Source: a virus (taxonomy: Duplodnaviria; Caudoviricetes). From it: 64,000 nt of DNA. The stretch's first letter is position 1. Each line of letters starts with the position of its first letter. The position numbers and the translations under genes were made by a program. Where the stretch lies: IMG/VR virus record IMGVR_UViG_3300044675_005052; one strand, written 5' to 3'. Below the pieces are notes generated by a model. The model was not told where the DNA came from. It did no database searches and saw only the letters and a list, made by a program, of their open reading frames with translations. This document shows, piece by piece, positions 11,001 through 19,984 of this stretch.

Positions 11001-13212
11001 TACCTCTACCACCACCAATAAATGAATGGGTACTTGTTATAGTATTTTGACTACCACCAACAATACTTGAAGTGGCACCTGATACGGTATTACCAATACC
11101 TCCCCCAATAAATCCTTGACAAAATCCACCTGAACTTGTTGTAAAATTTCGTAAAAGTGGTTGTGACGAAGGGAACGCTCCCATTGCGGCAGTTGCTCCA
11201 GTAACATATAAGTTTGTATATGGTGATGAATATGTTTGACCTGTAATAACTACGTTTCTACTACATCCAAAATTGTCATATGTTAATAAAAGGTCGTTTA
11301 CACTAAATGATGATAATTGATTCCCGTACAATTGTATTGTACAAGTGTTTGCCGAATATGATGATATTACTTGAGAATTACCTATAAAGTTTAATGCTCC
11401 ACCACCAATCATTGAATGACTAGCAAATGTTACATTAACGCTTCCGCCTCCAATAACACCAAAGTCTTCTACGACTCTATTATTATTACCACTTACAATA
11501 CCACCACCATAAGAACATTGACCTAAACAGTTTCCACATCCACCTAAAATTGCTGCTCTAACTCCATATGTTTTATTATTTAATCCTCCACCAATAACAC
11601 CATCTTCACCAACGCCTGTTGTACCCGATATCATATTACTTCTACCACCACCAATAAATCCAAATTCGTTACATATTGTATTACTAATACCACCGGCAAT
11701 TACTGAATTTGATGGGTTCAGTGTATTACTAGTAATACGATTGTTAAACCCACCACCTATTGAAGAAGATGTTCCACAAATAAAATTAAATCTACCACCG
11801 GCAATTGTTGAGTAATTACAACATGAGGTATTAAAACAACCTCCCCCAACTGTTGAACAACCACCTACTGAACAGTTAAGATAACCACCACCAATTGTTG
11901 AACAATTTCCTGATGCGGTATTTCGACGACCACCACCAATAAATGATGTAGCTCCTGATGAGATATTACAACAACCACCACCAATCGTACCATATACTGT
12001 ATACACAATATTTGATTTTCCACCACCAATGAATGAATAAGGACTACAGGTAATATTACATCTACCTCCAGTAATTGTTGATTTATCTCCACAAACAGTA
12101 TTTTGCATTCCACCACCAATGGTTGAACTGTCACAATAAGATTTGTTATTCGCTCCACCACCAACAGTTGAGTTATTCGCTAAGGCATAGTTGCAATAAC
12201 CACCGGCAATAGTTGCATCACCACTATTTGCTCCTGGACCAATAACACATGCTAAATTATATCCACCACCACCAATTGTATTTCTTGGCCCAATAACAAC
12301 ATTACAACAACCACCGATTATTGTTGAAGTATTTCCTGATATTCTGTTATAATCACCCCCACCAATGAATGATGTTGTCCCACCACTAATTATGTTTTTA
12401 GACCCCCCAACTACAACTGAAGAATCTGTTGTTGCTGAGTTTGAAATACCACCACCAATAAATGAATTGTTTCCTGATGCGGTATTTTGTTGACCACCAA
12501 CTATTGTTGAGGTTATATTTGTTGATGAGTTTAATATACCACCACCAATAAATGAATTGTCTCCTAATGCTTGATTTTCTTGACCACCACCTACGGTTGA
12601 ACCACCGCATGAGGTATTACAAAGTCCCCCACCAATAAAAGAATAATTATCTGATAAGGTATTCTTACTACCACCACCAATTGTACTTCCTATTGAATTA
12701 TTGCAAATAATATTACAATAACCTCCAGCAATTGTAGAACTTCGTGTTACATTTTTACCAACACCCACAAAAATACTATTATAAAGACCACCACCAATTG
12801 TTGATGTACCACCTGAAACACTATTACAAAAACCACCACTTATAGTTGAATCATTATTTGATACCGTATTACAACGACCACCTCCAATAAACGAATGTGT
12901 TCCTCCACTAACTACATTTTGTCGTCCACCAACAACCATTGAATAGTTTGTAGTTGCTGAGTTTGAATATCCACCTAAAGCACCGGAATTATCTCCTGAT
13001 GCAAGATTATTAACATCTCTTCTAATTGATGAGTTAACACCTGTACCACTTACAATTACAACAAATGGTGAACCACTAATTGCTTCATCGATTGTTGATT
13101 TATATGATGAACCTGCAGGATTTTGAGTCGGGTTATTAGTATCAACAATGTGAATTAATGTTTGACTTGTTGTAAACCCTGATGGTGAATATGTTCTTTG
13201 AGTTAAAATCAT
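8038..13212 (-). CDS. Giant tail fibre/adhesin with Gly-rich ~14-aa beta-roll repeats (YadA/Hep_Hag-like), Cys-rich
   Basis: 1724 aa; dozens of S(F/T)I(G/A)GGxxNxxxG repeats in two blocks; beta-rich C-terminal domain; late motif at 13231-13237. Confidence 0.75.
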   Translation of the reverse strand: MILTQRTYSPSGFTTSQTLIHIVDTNNPTQNPAGSSYKSTIDEAISGSPFVVIVSGTGVNSSIRRDVNNLASGDNSGALGGYSNSATTNYSMVVGGRQNVVSGGTHSFIGGGRCNTVSNNDSTISGGFCNSVSGGTSTIGGGLYNSIFVGVGKNVTRSSTIAGGYCNIICNNSIGSTIGGGSKNTLSDNYSFIGGGLCNTSCGGSTVGGGQENQALGDNSFIGGGILNSSTNITSTIVGGQQNTASGNNSFIGGGISNSATTDSSVVVGGSKNIISGGTTSFIGGGDYNRISGNTSTIIGGCCNVVIGPRNTIGGGGYNLACVIGPGANSGDATIAGGYCNYALANNSTVGGGANNKSYCDSSTIGGGMQNTVCGDKSTITGGRCNITCSPYSFIGGGKSNIVYTVYGTIGGGCCNISSGATSFIGGGRRNTASGNCSTIGGGYLNCSVGGCSTVGGGCFNTSCCNYSTIAGGRFNFICGTSSSIGGGFNNRITSNTLNPSNSVIAGGISNTICNEFGFIGGGRSNMISGTTGVGEDGVIGGGLNNKTYGVRAAILGGCGNCLGQCSYGGGIVSGNNNRVVEDFGVIGGGSVNVTFASHSMIGGGALNFIGNSQVISSYSANTCTIQLYGNQLSSFSVNDLLLTYDNFGCSRNVVITGQTYSSPYTNLYVTGATAAMGAFPSSQPLLRNFTTSSGGFCQGFIGGGIGNTVSGATSSIVGGSQNTITSTHSFIGGGRGNISSGNYSSILGGSSNNTSGCTCAMIVGSNITANRNCTTFVNDMIIDSMSTCSGCYVGVSTNGLLVPIAGGGGGGSSAVIITGTGVNSSVRCGVSNLASGNCSAVLGGSSNSGTTDFSVVVGGNQNIISGGTHSFIGGGCGNTVSGSTSTIGGGYKNTASGACSFIGGGSSNIASGPHSTIGGGFSNESNGNYSTIAGGRNNTVSCNYTFIGGGINNNALDYCTTIGGGVGNIVSGTSSTIGGGNQNTVSGNFSFIGGGSLNVATGQTSTIAGGRNNTSGGIDSTISGGRNNTASGNCSFVGGGCKNIASSQYSTVGGGQSNTSSCFRSTIAGGLSNTSSGAYSFIGAGCCNIASGNTSTIAGGCKNVTSALSFVGGGTTNCAIGNCSSIVGGSGNTVSSVFSTIGGGKSNYISSYYTKYSSIVGGQSNCVGYGYQSFIGGGCCNIVYGTSSAIIGGRKNTACGSYSIISNGFCNCARSGSFVGTGVCHLSCKSSFVGGGCKNTSSEYFSFVGGGTGNTSSNCFSFVGGGYCNTASGCTSFIGGGSCNLSSGCWSTVGGGFKNTASCCFSTIGGGNGNTASGLRSFVGSGGGNISSSTSTVVGGGNCNTASGVYSFIGGGSNNTSSGSTSTIAGGRCNTSGGIDSTIGGGRCNTLLGEYSFIGGGRENNSVCRDSSIGGGRGNCANGYRSTIAGGGFNTTQGTNSFIGGGRSNIASGVDSTIGGGFCNTASGCTSVIGGGISNIVSGFFSTIGGGWDNTVNGNRATIAGGFCNSASDNYSTVGGGRENTASGANSTIGGGQLNVASGASSTVTGGFLNRAYGENSSIIGGNRACAPRFGQRSFANGTWTPFTGTGETQQIDLLGRNTTTGVTTVNIFLDGSSQRISVLNETAMFVTINIAGITSGGTSAAHYIRKVAIKNVGGTTSLIGASPVSTIGTDVEDNALYDVTISADDTNDALDIQVTGAVGDTMRWTVHISGVEIKYSWT

Positions 13213-13242
13213 TGGTTTTTGTTTTATATTATAAATAGTTCG

Positions 13243-13548
13243 TTATTGGAAATCGAATATCTCAAAGTCCATAAATTCAAAATATTCGTAATCTTGGAAT
13301 TGTTTTGGAACTGGTGGTAATAAGTTACAATATACCACTTCAAATCTTTCACAACCATCCCCATAAATGACTTTAATACCTACTGCGGCAACATTATTAA
13401 ATTGTGAAGGTAACACAATAATATTATCCGGAGGTACTGAAGTAACTATTGTTGCAATTAACGCACAATGATTACCATAAACATCACACGCATAAATTGT
13501 ATACGGGAAGTTTGAACCTGTAATTGCTTGTATGTTAATTGCTGTCAT
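13243..13548 (-). CDS. Small virion protein (beta-sandwich-like module)
   Basis: 101 aa; similar to 16689-16904 (ITG..P..IY.CD...I.TI...P....P......IKVI...CE). Confidence 0.6.
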   Translation of the reverse strand: MTAINIQAITGSNFPYTIYACDVYGNHCALIATIVTSVPPDNIIVLPSQFNNVAAVGIKVIYGDGCERFEVVYCNLLPPVPKQFQDYEYFEFMDFEIFDFQ

Positions 13549-13551
13549 ATA

Positions 13552-15771
13552 TTAAAAAGTATATAATGGGTTTGTTGGTAATTGAAGAACACCATTTATT
13601 ACTGTTGCAACGACATCACTAAATACACTATTAGAAACACCATTAACAATAGGTGATGCTAAAATTCTAAAAGATTTAACATTATTTGGGTCTGTTAATT
13701 CAACTCTATAATGATAGACGGAAACAAATTGTTGAATACCTCCACCGCTCGATGTTCCGATTGATGTAAAATTATTACAAGTTAATGCGGATAACGAAGG
13801 TATTTGTGTATAAGGTGAACTACTACCTGAAAAAGGTACTGTTGAGTTAAGATAATTATTTAGCCAATAAAACCCATGGAGAGTTGATGCACTAACAACG
13901 GTTGGTGGATTTTCTACAAAATATAAAGATGCCCCAAAAGGTCTAACATATTTAGAACCAGTATTGGTTGTGAAATCTTCAATATTTGTTACTCCGGTTG
14001 AACTAACATTAACATTTCTAATTATATCGTTAATGATGGTTTGACAACTAATATCACAAGGGTCAAACGGTGGTAAACCGTCAGATATTGTTGGCATTGT
14101 GATGTTTAAAGTATAAACCCCTCCTGTATCTCCGGTTGTTACTATACTAGAATAATGTATATCATATTTTACAACAGTTGTTCCATCTCCACAAGGATTA
14201 GATTGGGGTTGTTTTGGTATATATAACTCAAAATATCTATAATAATTTGGGTCGGCAGGATTTGATGGTGTTCCATAATAAGGTGACAACAAATCATAAG
14301 ATGATTTATAATGTATTAAATCACTTAAACTACTAAATTCCATTTTAATTACTCCTTGTCCTGATGGACCAGTGTTTTCTTTTTTAAATTTAATTGTATT
14401 TGTGTTAGGGGGTGAACAAGTTGGTGTTGTAGTAAAGTTATAATTTGCAGAACAGGTTGTAGAGTCCCAATCTAATGTGTTAGGGAAGTTCCTATTAAGT
14501 AGTCCTGTACTATTATTGGTGCTTACCTCAGAGAACTGTGTCGTATTGATAGCTGTTATAGTTGTTACTTGATATTTGTAAATATCGTTATCAGTTATAG
14601 CACTTGAGGTACAACCTGATAAATTAAGATTAACTATAATTGATGAACAAGAACCTGTAAAACCAGTAATAGATGATGATTGTATTTTATATGGTGTATT
14701 TAAATAATCGTATAAACATAAATCACAGTCAAAGGTGTCCATACAAGTAAAATAAAAATCCCATTCCGTTTGTGGGTTAATTTGATTTGGAATTACTTCT
14801 AAAATTAAATAATCTCCGGGACTTCTTGTTAATGATGTTAATGATGTTACTTTTGAAAAATAATTTGAAGTATCGGCTGATTTTGGAAAAGTTAATAAAT
14901 TAATAAATGAAGTTCCAAGGTCACCTCCAACTACCCAATACTCTAAAATAATTGGGTCTGTATATGCTGAACCATAAAACGTAATTTTAAGTGAGTCCGG
15001 TATATTAAACCCTCGAAATTTCCAAGAAAAATAATCGGTTGTTAAATCTAATTCAAATGTTGATTGTAAAGTTAATGGAGTTACACCTGCGGCTGCTCCA
15101 GCAAAATTAACCCTATGAGTATAATTGTTCGGTAACGGTACTGTTCCATTGTCACAAGTAAAAGGTTGAACATTAACTGTTGTTGCGTTAAAACATTCTA
15201 ACTCGGCTTGAATATAACCAGTTCCACCTGTTTGAGAATAATTAAGTCCATTTAGTTTAACTTTATCAATTACAGGTATATAAGTTCCTGCTGGCTGCAT
15301 TGGAGAATTAATACCTACTAATGGATGTGTAAAATCTCTTGGTAAAAAATTTATATCTTGACCAAAACCTGATGTGAAGGCAATATTTGTTGAAGAATTT
15401 GGTCCGTACCAAATTATTCTATAATCTGTAATGTCATTTTCACAACTACCGGTTAATTCTCCTGCGACAATTAAACCAATAGTATTAGTTTGATATGAAT
15501 CAAAGGATAACTCACAAGTTGTACATAAATCGTTAGATAATAAATCAAGTGTTGCACAACATTTTGATAATATGTCTATTATTCTAATTGTGGTAGTTAA
15601 ATCGGGTACATTACCCATAACATACGGACATAACGGACCAAATAAACTATCATAACTTACGTTAGTTTGAAAAGGTGATGTATAATTATCAACGTTTGAA
15701 TATATGTTAAATGTTCCACCTAAAAGGGTAGTTCCTAAATCGGTTAAACAAGTTGAAGCTGAAAACGGCAT
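13552..15771 (-). CDS. Cys/Thr/Ser-rich virion (tail) protein
   Basis: 739 aa in the co-oriented structural cluster; beta-rich with paired Cys. Confidence 0.6.
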   Translation of the reverse strand: MPFSASTCLTDLGTTLLGGTFNIYSNVDNYTSPFQTNVSYDSLFGPLCPYVMGNVPDLTTTIRIIDILSKCCATLDLLSNDLCTTCELSFDSYQTNTIGLIVAGELTGSCENDITDYRIIWYGPNSSTNIAFTSGFGQDINFLPRDFTHPLVGINSPMQPAGTYIPVIDKVKLNGLNYSQTGGTGYIQAELECFNATTVNVQPFTCDNGTVPLPNNYTHRVNFAGAAAGVTPLTLQSTFELDLTTDYFSWKFRGFNIPDSLKITFYGSAYTDPIILEYWVVGGDLGTSFINLLTFPKSADTSNYFSKVTSLTSLTRSPGDYLILEVIPNQINPQTEWDFYFTCMDTFDCDLCLYDYLNTPYKIQSSSITGFTGSCSSIIVNLNLSGCTSSAITDNDIYKYQVTTITAINTTQFSEVSTNNSTGLLNRNFPNTLDWDSTTCSANYNFTTTPTCSPPNTNTIKFKKENTGPSGQGVIKMEFSSLSDLIHYKSSYDLLSPYYGTPSNPADPNYYRYFELYIPKQPQSNPCGDGTTVVKYDIHYSSIVTTGDTGGVYTLNITMPTISDGLPPFDPCDISCQTIINDIIRNVNVSSTGVTNIEDFTTNTGSKYVRPFGASLYFVENPPTVVSASTLHGFYWLNNYLNSTVPFSGSSSPYTQIPSLSALTCNNFTSIGTSSGGGIQQFVSVYHYRVELTDPNNVKSFRILASPIVNGVSNSVFSDVVATVINGVLQLPTNPLYTF

Positions 15772-15781
15772 ATTTTAATTT

Positions 15782-16687
15782 TTAAGTTTTATTATATAAG
15801 TAACCCTCTAATCCACAATCAATACACGGAGATGGAATTCCTGAAGATGTTGGTGTAGGAGTTGGAGTTGGTGTAGGTATAATTGATTCTGAACATAAAA
15901 TACAATCCGCACCTATTTGACTTCCATAAGGACCAATTAGTAATGTAATATCATCAATACCGATTGTGTTATTATTAACCCCAATATATCCAACACATAT
16001 TACTGTCCCATTAACGTTAGCTTGATAAACTTGAAAATTTTCAATTGGGATATTTCCTGGTGTAACTAATTGATTTGTGGTATAATACATCGTACCGTCA
16101 TAACAATTTTGGAATTGATAACTATAAGGACATACAATACTATCATCAATTGTATTGAAAGTTACCCCTTGTTCAAAAGTACAAGTACGAGCAATTTGTG
16201 CCGATGGTGTCGGGGTCATTGTAGGTGTTGGTGTTGGAGTGGAAGTAACACTTTGAATTGTTGCACTTATAACTACATTACAAAATTTAGTTGGTGTAGG
16301 TGTTGGTGTAGGTGTTAATGTAGTTGTACTAGTTACAGTTGGTGTTGGAGTTGTTTCAAAATCACAATCAAATATTGCTGAGAAATTTAAATTTGCACAA
16401 TTTAATGTTGGTGTGGGAGTTGGTGTTGGACACGCTCCAATAGAAAAATAAACATCATCTAAATCCGGACACGGGTTGAAACAAGGTGATTGACCCGATA
16501 AAAGACAAGACCCGTCTAAAACTGTTGATAAACACCATTGAGTTGACCCTGTGTTATAATAAATGGATAATCCATTTGTTTGACCGGTCCAATATAGTTG
16601 AGAATTCCATGTCCCTGCACTAAAGTATAGGTCGTTAAATGTTGGGTAACCAGTGTTTGAAAGGCAATATGTAGAACTACACGGCAT
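15782..16687 (-). CDS. Virion protein with four Pro-Thr repeat linkers
   Basis: 301 aa; PTPTPT tracts separate small Cys-rich modules. Confidence 0.6.
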   Translation of the reverse strand: MPCSSTYCLSNTGYPTFNDLYFSAGTWNSQLYWTGQTNGLSIYYNTGSTQWCLSTVLDGSCLLSGQSPCFNPCPDLDDVYFSIGACPTPTPTPTLNCANLNFSAIFDCDFETTPTPTVTSTTTLTPTPTPTPTKFCNVVISATIQSVTSTPTPTPTMTPTPSAQIARTCTFEQGVTFNTIDDSIVCPYSYQFQNCYDGTMYYTTNQLVTPGNIPIENFQVYQANVNGTVICVGYIGVNNNTIGIDDITLLIGPYGSQIGADCILCSESIIPTPTPTPTPTSSGIPSPCIDCGLEGYLYNKT

Positions 16688-16688
16688 A

Positions 16689-16904
16689 TTATAATGTTAG
16701 ATTTAAAATTGATTCACAATTATTATTATCAATAACTTTTATATTAAAAGATGTTAACGAACTCCAAATAGGTGGTATTGTCACATTATATGGGAATGTT
16801 GAAATTGTGTCTATATATATTGATAAAGTAATAGGGTTATCACATAGATACACTTTAAAAGGAGATACTCCGGTAATATTACTTATAGTTATTTGTGTGC
16901 TCAT
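16689..16904 (-). CDS. Small virion protein, paralogue of 13243-13548
   Basis: 71 aa; first gene after the late motif at 16922-16928 (minus strand). Confidence 0.6.
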   Translation of the reverse strand: MSTQITISNITGVSPFKVYLCDNPITLSIYIDTISTFPYNVTIPPIWSSLTSFNIKVIDNNNCESILNLTL

Positions 16905-16955
16905 TTCTTTAGGTTATCTCAATAAATATAATGGGAATGAAAAACTTGTGAAGAT

Positions 16956-16986
16956 TGACAGTTATATTATTTTTTCTTATCTTTGC
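16956..16986 (+). promoter_or_regulatory. Early/middle promoter for the primase operon (TTGACA-N17-TATCTTTG)
   Basis: TTGACA at 16956-16961 and Bacteroidota-type -7 element TAnnTTTG at 16979-16986, just before ATG 16990. Confidence 0.6.
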
Positions 16987-16989
16987 TGT

Positions 16990-17889
16990 ATGTCAGATGA
17001 TGCGGAAATTTTATTAGAAATACTACACGATATTCTTGGAGATGAAAAACTCCACTATGAATCAAAAGGTCAAATATCTTTTGATTGTCCGATATGCGAT
17101 GAAGACCAACATAAAGGAAACCTTGAGGTAAATTACTTTGAACACGTATATAAGTGTTGGAGTTGTGGTGACGAGAATAACACAAAAGGTCCTCTTGGTA
17201 AACTTATTGATAACTTTGGTGATAAGAAACAAAAGAAAATATATAACTTACTTCAACCTGAAAATCATAAACCAAAAGAGAAACGTAAAGATTATTTAAA
17301 GTTACCGACAGGTTTTACATTATTTAAAGATAGTAGTTTGGTTTATCCGGTTCGTCGTCAAGCTTACAATTACCTTAAACAACGTGGGATTACCGATGAG
17401 ATTATTGAGAAGTATGGTATTGGATTCTGTGATACGGGAGCATTCTCGGGGAGAATTATTATACCATCTTATGATAATAAAGGTGTATTAAATTATTTTA
17501 TTGCAAGAAGTTGGGACGCAAACTCAAGGGCAAAATATAAAAACCCCGAAGCGTCCAAAGATGAGATAATATTTTTTGAGAACACAATAAATTGGAATGA
17601 GGACATCCATCTTTGTGAAGGTGCATTTGATGCTATATTCCTACCTAATAGTATTGCTATGTTAGGAAAACATATGTCCGAGTTATTACTTAACACGTTG
17701 TATGAGAAAGCGAATGGTAATATAATTATATGTCTCGACGCCGATGCGTGGTCAGACGCAGTTAAGTTATATCACAACCTAAATGGTGGTAAATTATATG
17801 GTAAAGTTAAAATAATAAAATTAACAGGTGATGCCGATGTTGCCGATTTAAGGGGTAACATCAGTGATTACTATTATAAAATAAAATAG
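16990..17889 (+). CDS. dnaG: DNA primase (Zn-binding + TOPRIM)
   Basis: CPIC...CWSC Zn finger; YFIARS; LCEGAFDA and ICLDAD TOPRIM motifs; start moved from 16807 to ATG 16990 (after promoter, avoids overlap with divergent gene). Confidence 0.9.
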   Translation: MSDDAEILLEILHDILGDEKLHYESKGQISFDCPICDEDQHKGNLEVNYFEHVYKCWSCGDENNTKGPLGKLIDNFGDKKQKKIYNLLQPENHKPKEKRKDYLKLPTGFTLFKDSSLVYPVRRQAYNYLKQRGITDEIIEKYGIGFCDTGAFSGRIIIPSYDNKGVLNYFIARSWDANSRAKYKNPEASKDEIIFFENTINWNEDIHLCEGAFDAIFLPNSIAMLGKHMSELLLNTLYEKANGNIIICLDADAWSDAVKLYHNLNGGKLYGKVKIIKLTGDADVADLRGNISDYYYKIK

Positions 17890-18753
17890 ATGATAGATTT
17901 AAATGAGGTTGCGAAAGAAATAAGAGGGTTATTAGATAAACGAAGAGAGGAACTTGAATTAACATTCGTTGAGGACACCCACACTTATTATATGAAGGAT
18001 GAGACCGGAGTTATCAGAAGTGATTATCCATCTGTTAGTAAGGTAATGAAATATTTCTACGAGGAGTTTGACACAGAAGGGATATCTTTTAAGAAAGCCA
18101 AAGGTGACCCTGAAGTTCAACAACAATTATTAGATGAATGGAAAGCTGCTGGTGACTATTCAACCAATATGGGAAGTAGGGTTCACTATATGTTAGAAAA
18201 GAAAACCATAGAGATGTTTGGTGATTACAAAGAAGTAAGACAACCAATATTTGAATGTGACTTCACCCAAATATTAAAAGGTGATAGTATGATATCAGCC
18301 GGGGCGGCATACCTAAATCTTATGGTTGAGAGAGGTGCGGTGTTATTGGATACGGAGATTGTATTGGGAGACCCTGAATTAAAATATACCGGACAACCCG
18401 ATAAGGTGTGGCTCATAATGAATAAGGAACAAACAGAGTTTGGGCTAGTGATAACCGATTGGAAGTCAAACAAACCAAAGAACTTTGAGGAGAGTCATTT
18501 CACCAAAAAAATGTATTACCCATTTGATAAATTACCAAATAACGCATTGGGTCACTACTTTACCCAATTACCATTTTATGGGAAACTTCTTATTAAGATG
18601 TTACAAGGAACAAAATACGAGAACATTAAATTGTATGGGTGTATTATTGTTCTTGTTAAGGAAATTGGTGAGTATGAAGAATTCCGTGTTCCAAAAGGAG
18701 TTCAAGAAACTATATTGGAAATGGATATGTCAAAGTATTTGACTAAAAAATAA
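17890..18753 (+). CDS. PD-(D/E)XK exonuclease (RecB/Cas4-like)
   Basis: YPSVSKV, GSRVH, TEI, YTGQPD, ITDWKS and QLPFYG motifs. Confidence 0.8.
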   Translation: MIDLNEVAKEIRGLLDKRREELELTFVEDTHTYYMKDETGVIRSDYPSVSKVMKYFYEEFDTEGISFKKAKGDPEVQQQLLDEWKAAGDYSTNMGSRVHYMLEKKTIEMFGDYKEVRQPIFECDFTQILKGDSMISAGAAYLNLMVERGAVLLDTEIVLGDPELKYTGQPDKVWLIMNKEQTEFGLVITDWKSNKPKNFEESHFTKKMYYPFDKLPNNALGHYFTQLPFYGKLLIKMLQGTKYENIKLYGCIIVLVKEIGEYEEFRVPKGVQETILEMDMSKYLTKK

Positions 18754-18781
18754 AAATTAACTAAATTTAAAATAAAAACAT

Positions 18782-18997
18782 ATGGACGATTTATTAAAAC
18801 CAAAAATTGATTTAAAACAACAACCGACATTAGTGTGTGAGGAGTGTGACGGAATCTACTTCAAGGAAGTAACAATGATAAAAAAAGTTAACAAATTGTT
18901 AACAGGAAGTCAGGAAGACACCATAGTTCCTTTCCCAACTTATAGATGTGACGATTGTGGTCATGTAAATGAAGATTTTAAATTATTTGATAAGTAA
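18782..18997 (+). CDS. Small Zn-ribbon protein
   Basis: CEEC ... CDDCGH. Confidence 0.65.
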   Translation: MDDLLKPKIDLKQQPTLVCEECDGIYFKEVTMIKKVNKLLTGSQEDTIVPFPTYRCDDCGHVNEDFKLFDK

Positions 18998-19185
18998 TGA
19001 GATTAATTAAACGACCTGAAGTTTGTGGTATCTGTACCGCATCATTGTGGTGGATACCAACAATGACTTACTTTATGCTGAAGATGAATGATATAATATC
19101 ACCAAGTAAAGAATGGGTGTGGTGGGTAGCAATTCCTGTAATGTTTTTGATTTGGGTACTATTAAATTGGAAAATAAAAAAATAA
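18997..19185 (+). CDS. Small membrane protein
   Basis: 62 aa; two hydrophobic Trp-rich stretches; translationally coupled. Confidence 0.55.
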   Translation: MRLIKRPEVCGICTASLWWIPTMTYFMLKMNDIISPSKEWVWWVAIPVMFLIWVLLNWKIKK

Positions 19186-19186
19186 G

Positions 19187-19984
19187 ATGATAAAGAAATT
19201 AGTTCACTTTAGTGACTTACATATAAGATTATTTAAAGACCACGATTTATATCGAGGAATCTTGAATGATATGTTGGTGCAATTCAAAGAGATTGCTCCG
19301 GACAGAATTGTTTTCACCGGAGATTTAGTTCACTCTAAAAATCAAATGACTCCTGAACTTATTGAGTTTGTTGCTTGGATTCTTACGGAGTGTTCTCAAA
19401 TTGCTAAAACCATAGTTATAATTGGAAACCACGACTTCTTAGAGAGTAACTCTTCAAGGTTGGACGCTCTTACACCAGTGATTGATTCATTGAAAAACGA
19501 CAACATCGTTTATTTGAAGAACAGAGGTGAATACGAGGACGATAATGTTGATTGGGTGGTGTATTCATTACTTGACCATAACATTCCACCTGAGATTGAA
19601 AAAACGGGTAGATTAAAGATAGGTTTATTCCACGGACCGGTTCAGGGATTAACAACCGATATTGGATATAAGTTTGAAACCGGATTTGAAACGGATAAGT
19701 TTAACGGATGTGATTTGGTATTATGTGGTGATATTCACAAAAGACAAATCTTTAACATACCTGGTGGGAAGAAAGCATATATGGTCGGTTCAACAATCCA
19801 ACAGAACTATGGTGAAACAATAACCAAACACGGATTCGGAATCTACAATCTTGAATCAGATGATTATTCATTTGTTGATTTGGATAATCCAAAACCTTTC
19901 TTATCATTTAAAATGAAATCATTTGATGATATAATAAACGGAACTGAAAAACTGGTTAACAGTGGAAGTCAAACTAACAACTAG
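19187..19984 (+). CDS. sbcD: SbcD/Mre11-like metallophosphoesterase (nuclease subunit)
   Basis: SDLH, GDLVH, GNHD, FHG and GDIH motifs. Confidence 0.85.
   Translation: MIKKLVHFSDLHIRLFKDHDLYRGILNDMLVQFKEIAPDRIVFTGDLVHSKNQMTPELIEFVAWILTECSQIAKTIVIIGNHDFLESNSSRLDALTPVIDSLKNDNIVYLKNRGEYEDDNVDWVVYSLLDHNIPPEIEKTGRLKIGLFHGPVQGLTTDIGYKFETGFETDKFNGCDLVLCGDIHKRQIFNIPGGKKAYMVGSTIQQNYGETITKHGFGIYNLESDDYSFVDLDNPKPFLSFKMKSFDDIINGTEKLVNSGSQTNN

Noticed and set aside
8375-12610. Several 60-105 aa Pro-rich or Val-rich ORFs inside the fibre gene
   Set aside because: Shadow ORFs from the repetitive GGT-rich coding strand (CCA/CCC runs on the opposite strand).
16807-16989. N-terminal extension of the primase ORF as given in the track
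   Set aside because: Overlaps the divergent gene 16689-16904 and the promoter; ATG 16990 follows the TAnnTTTG element.
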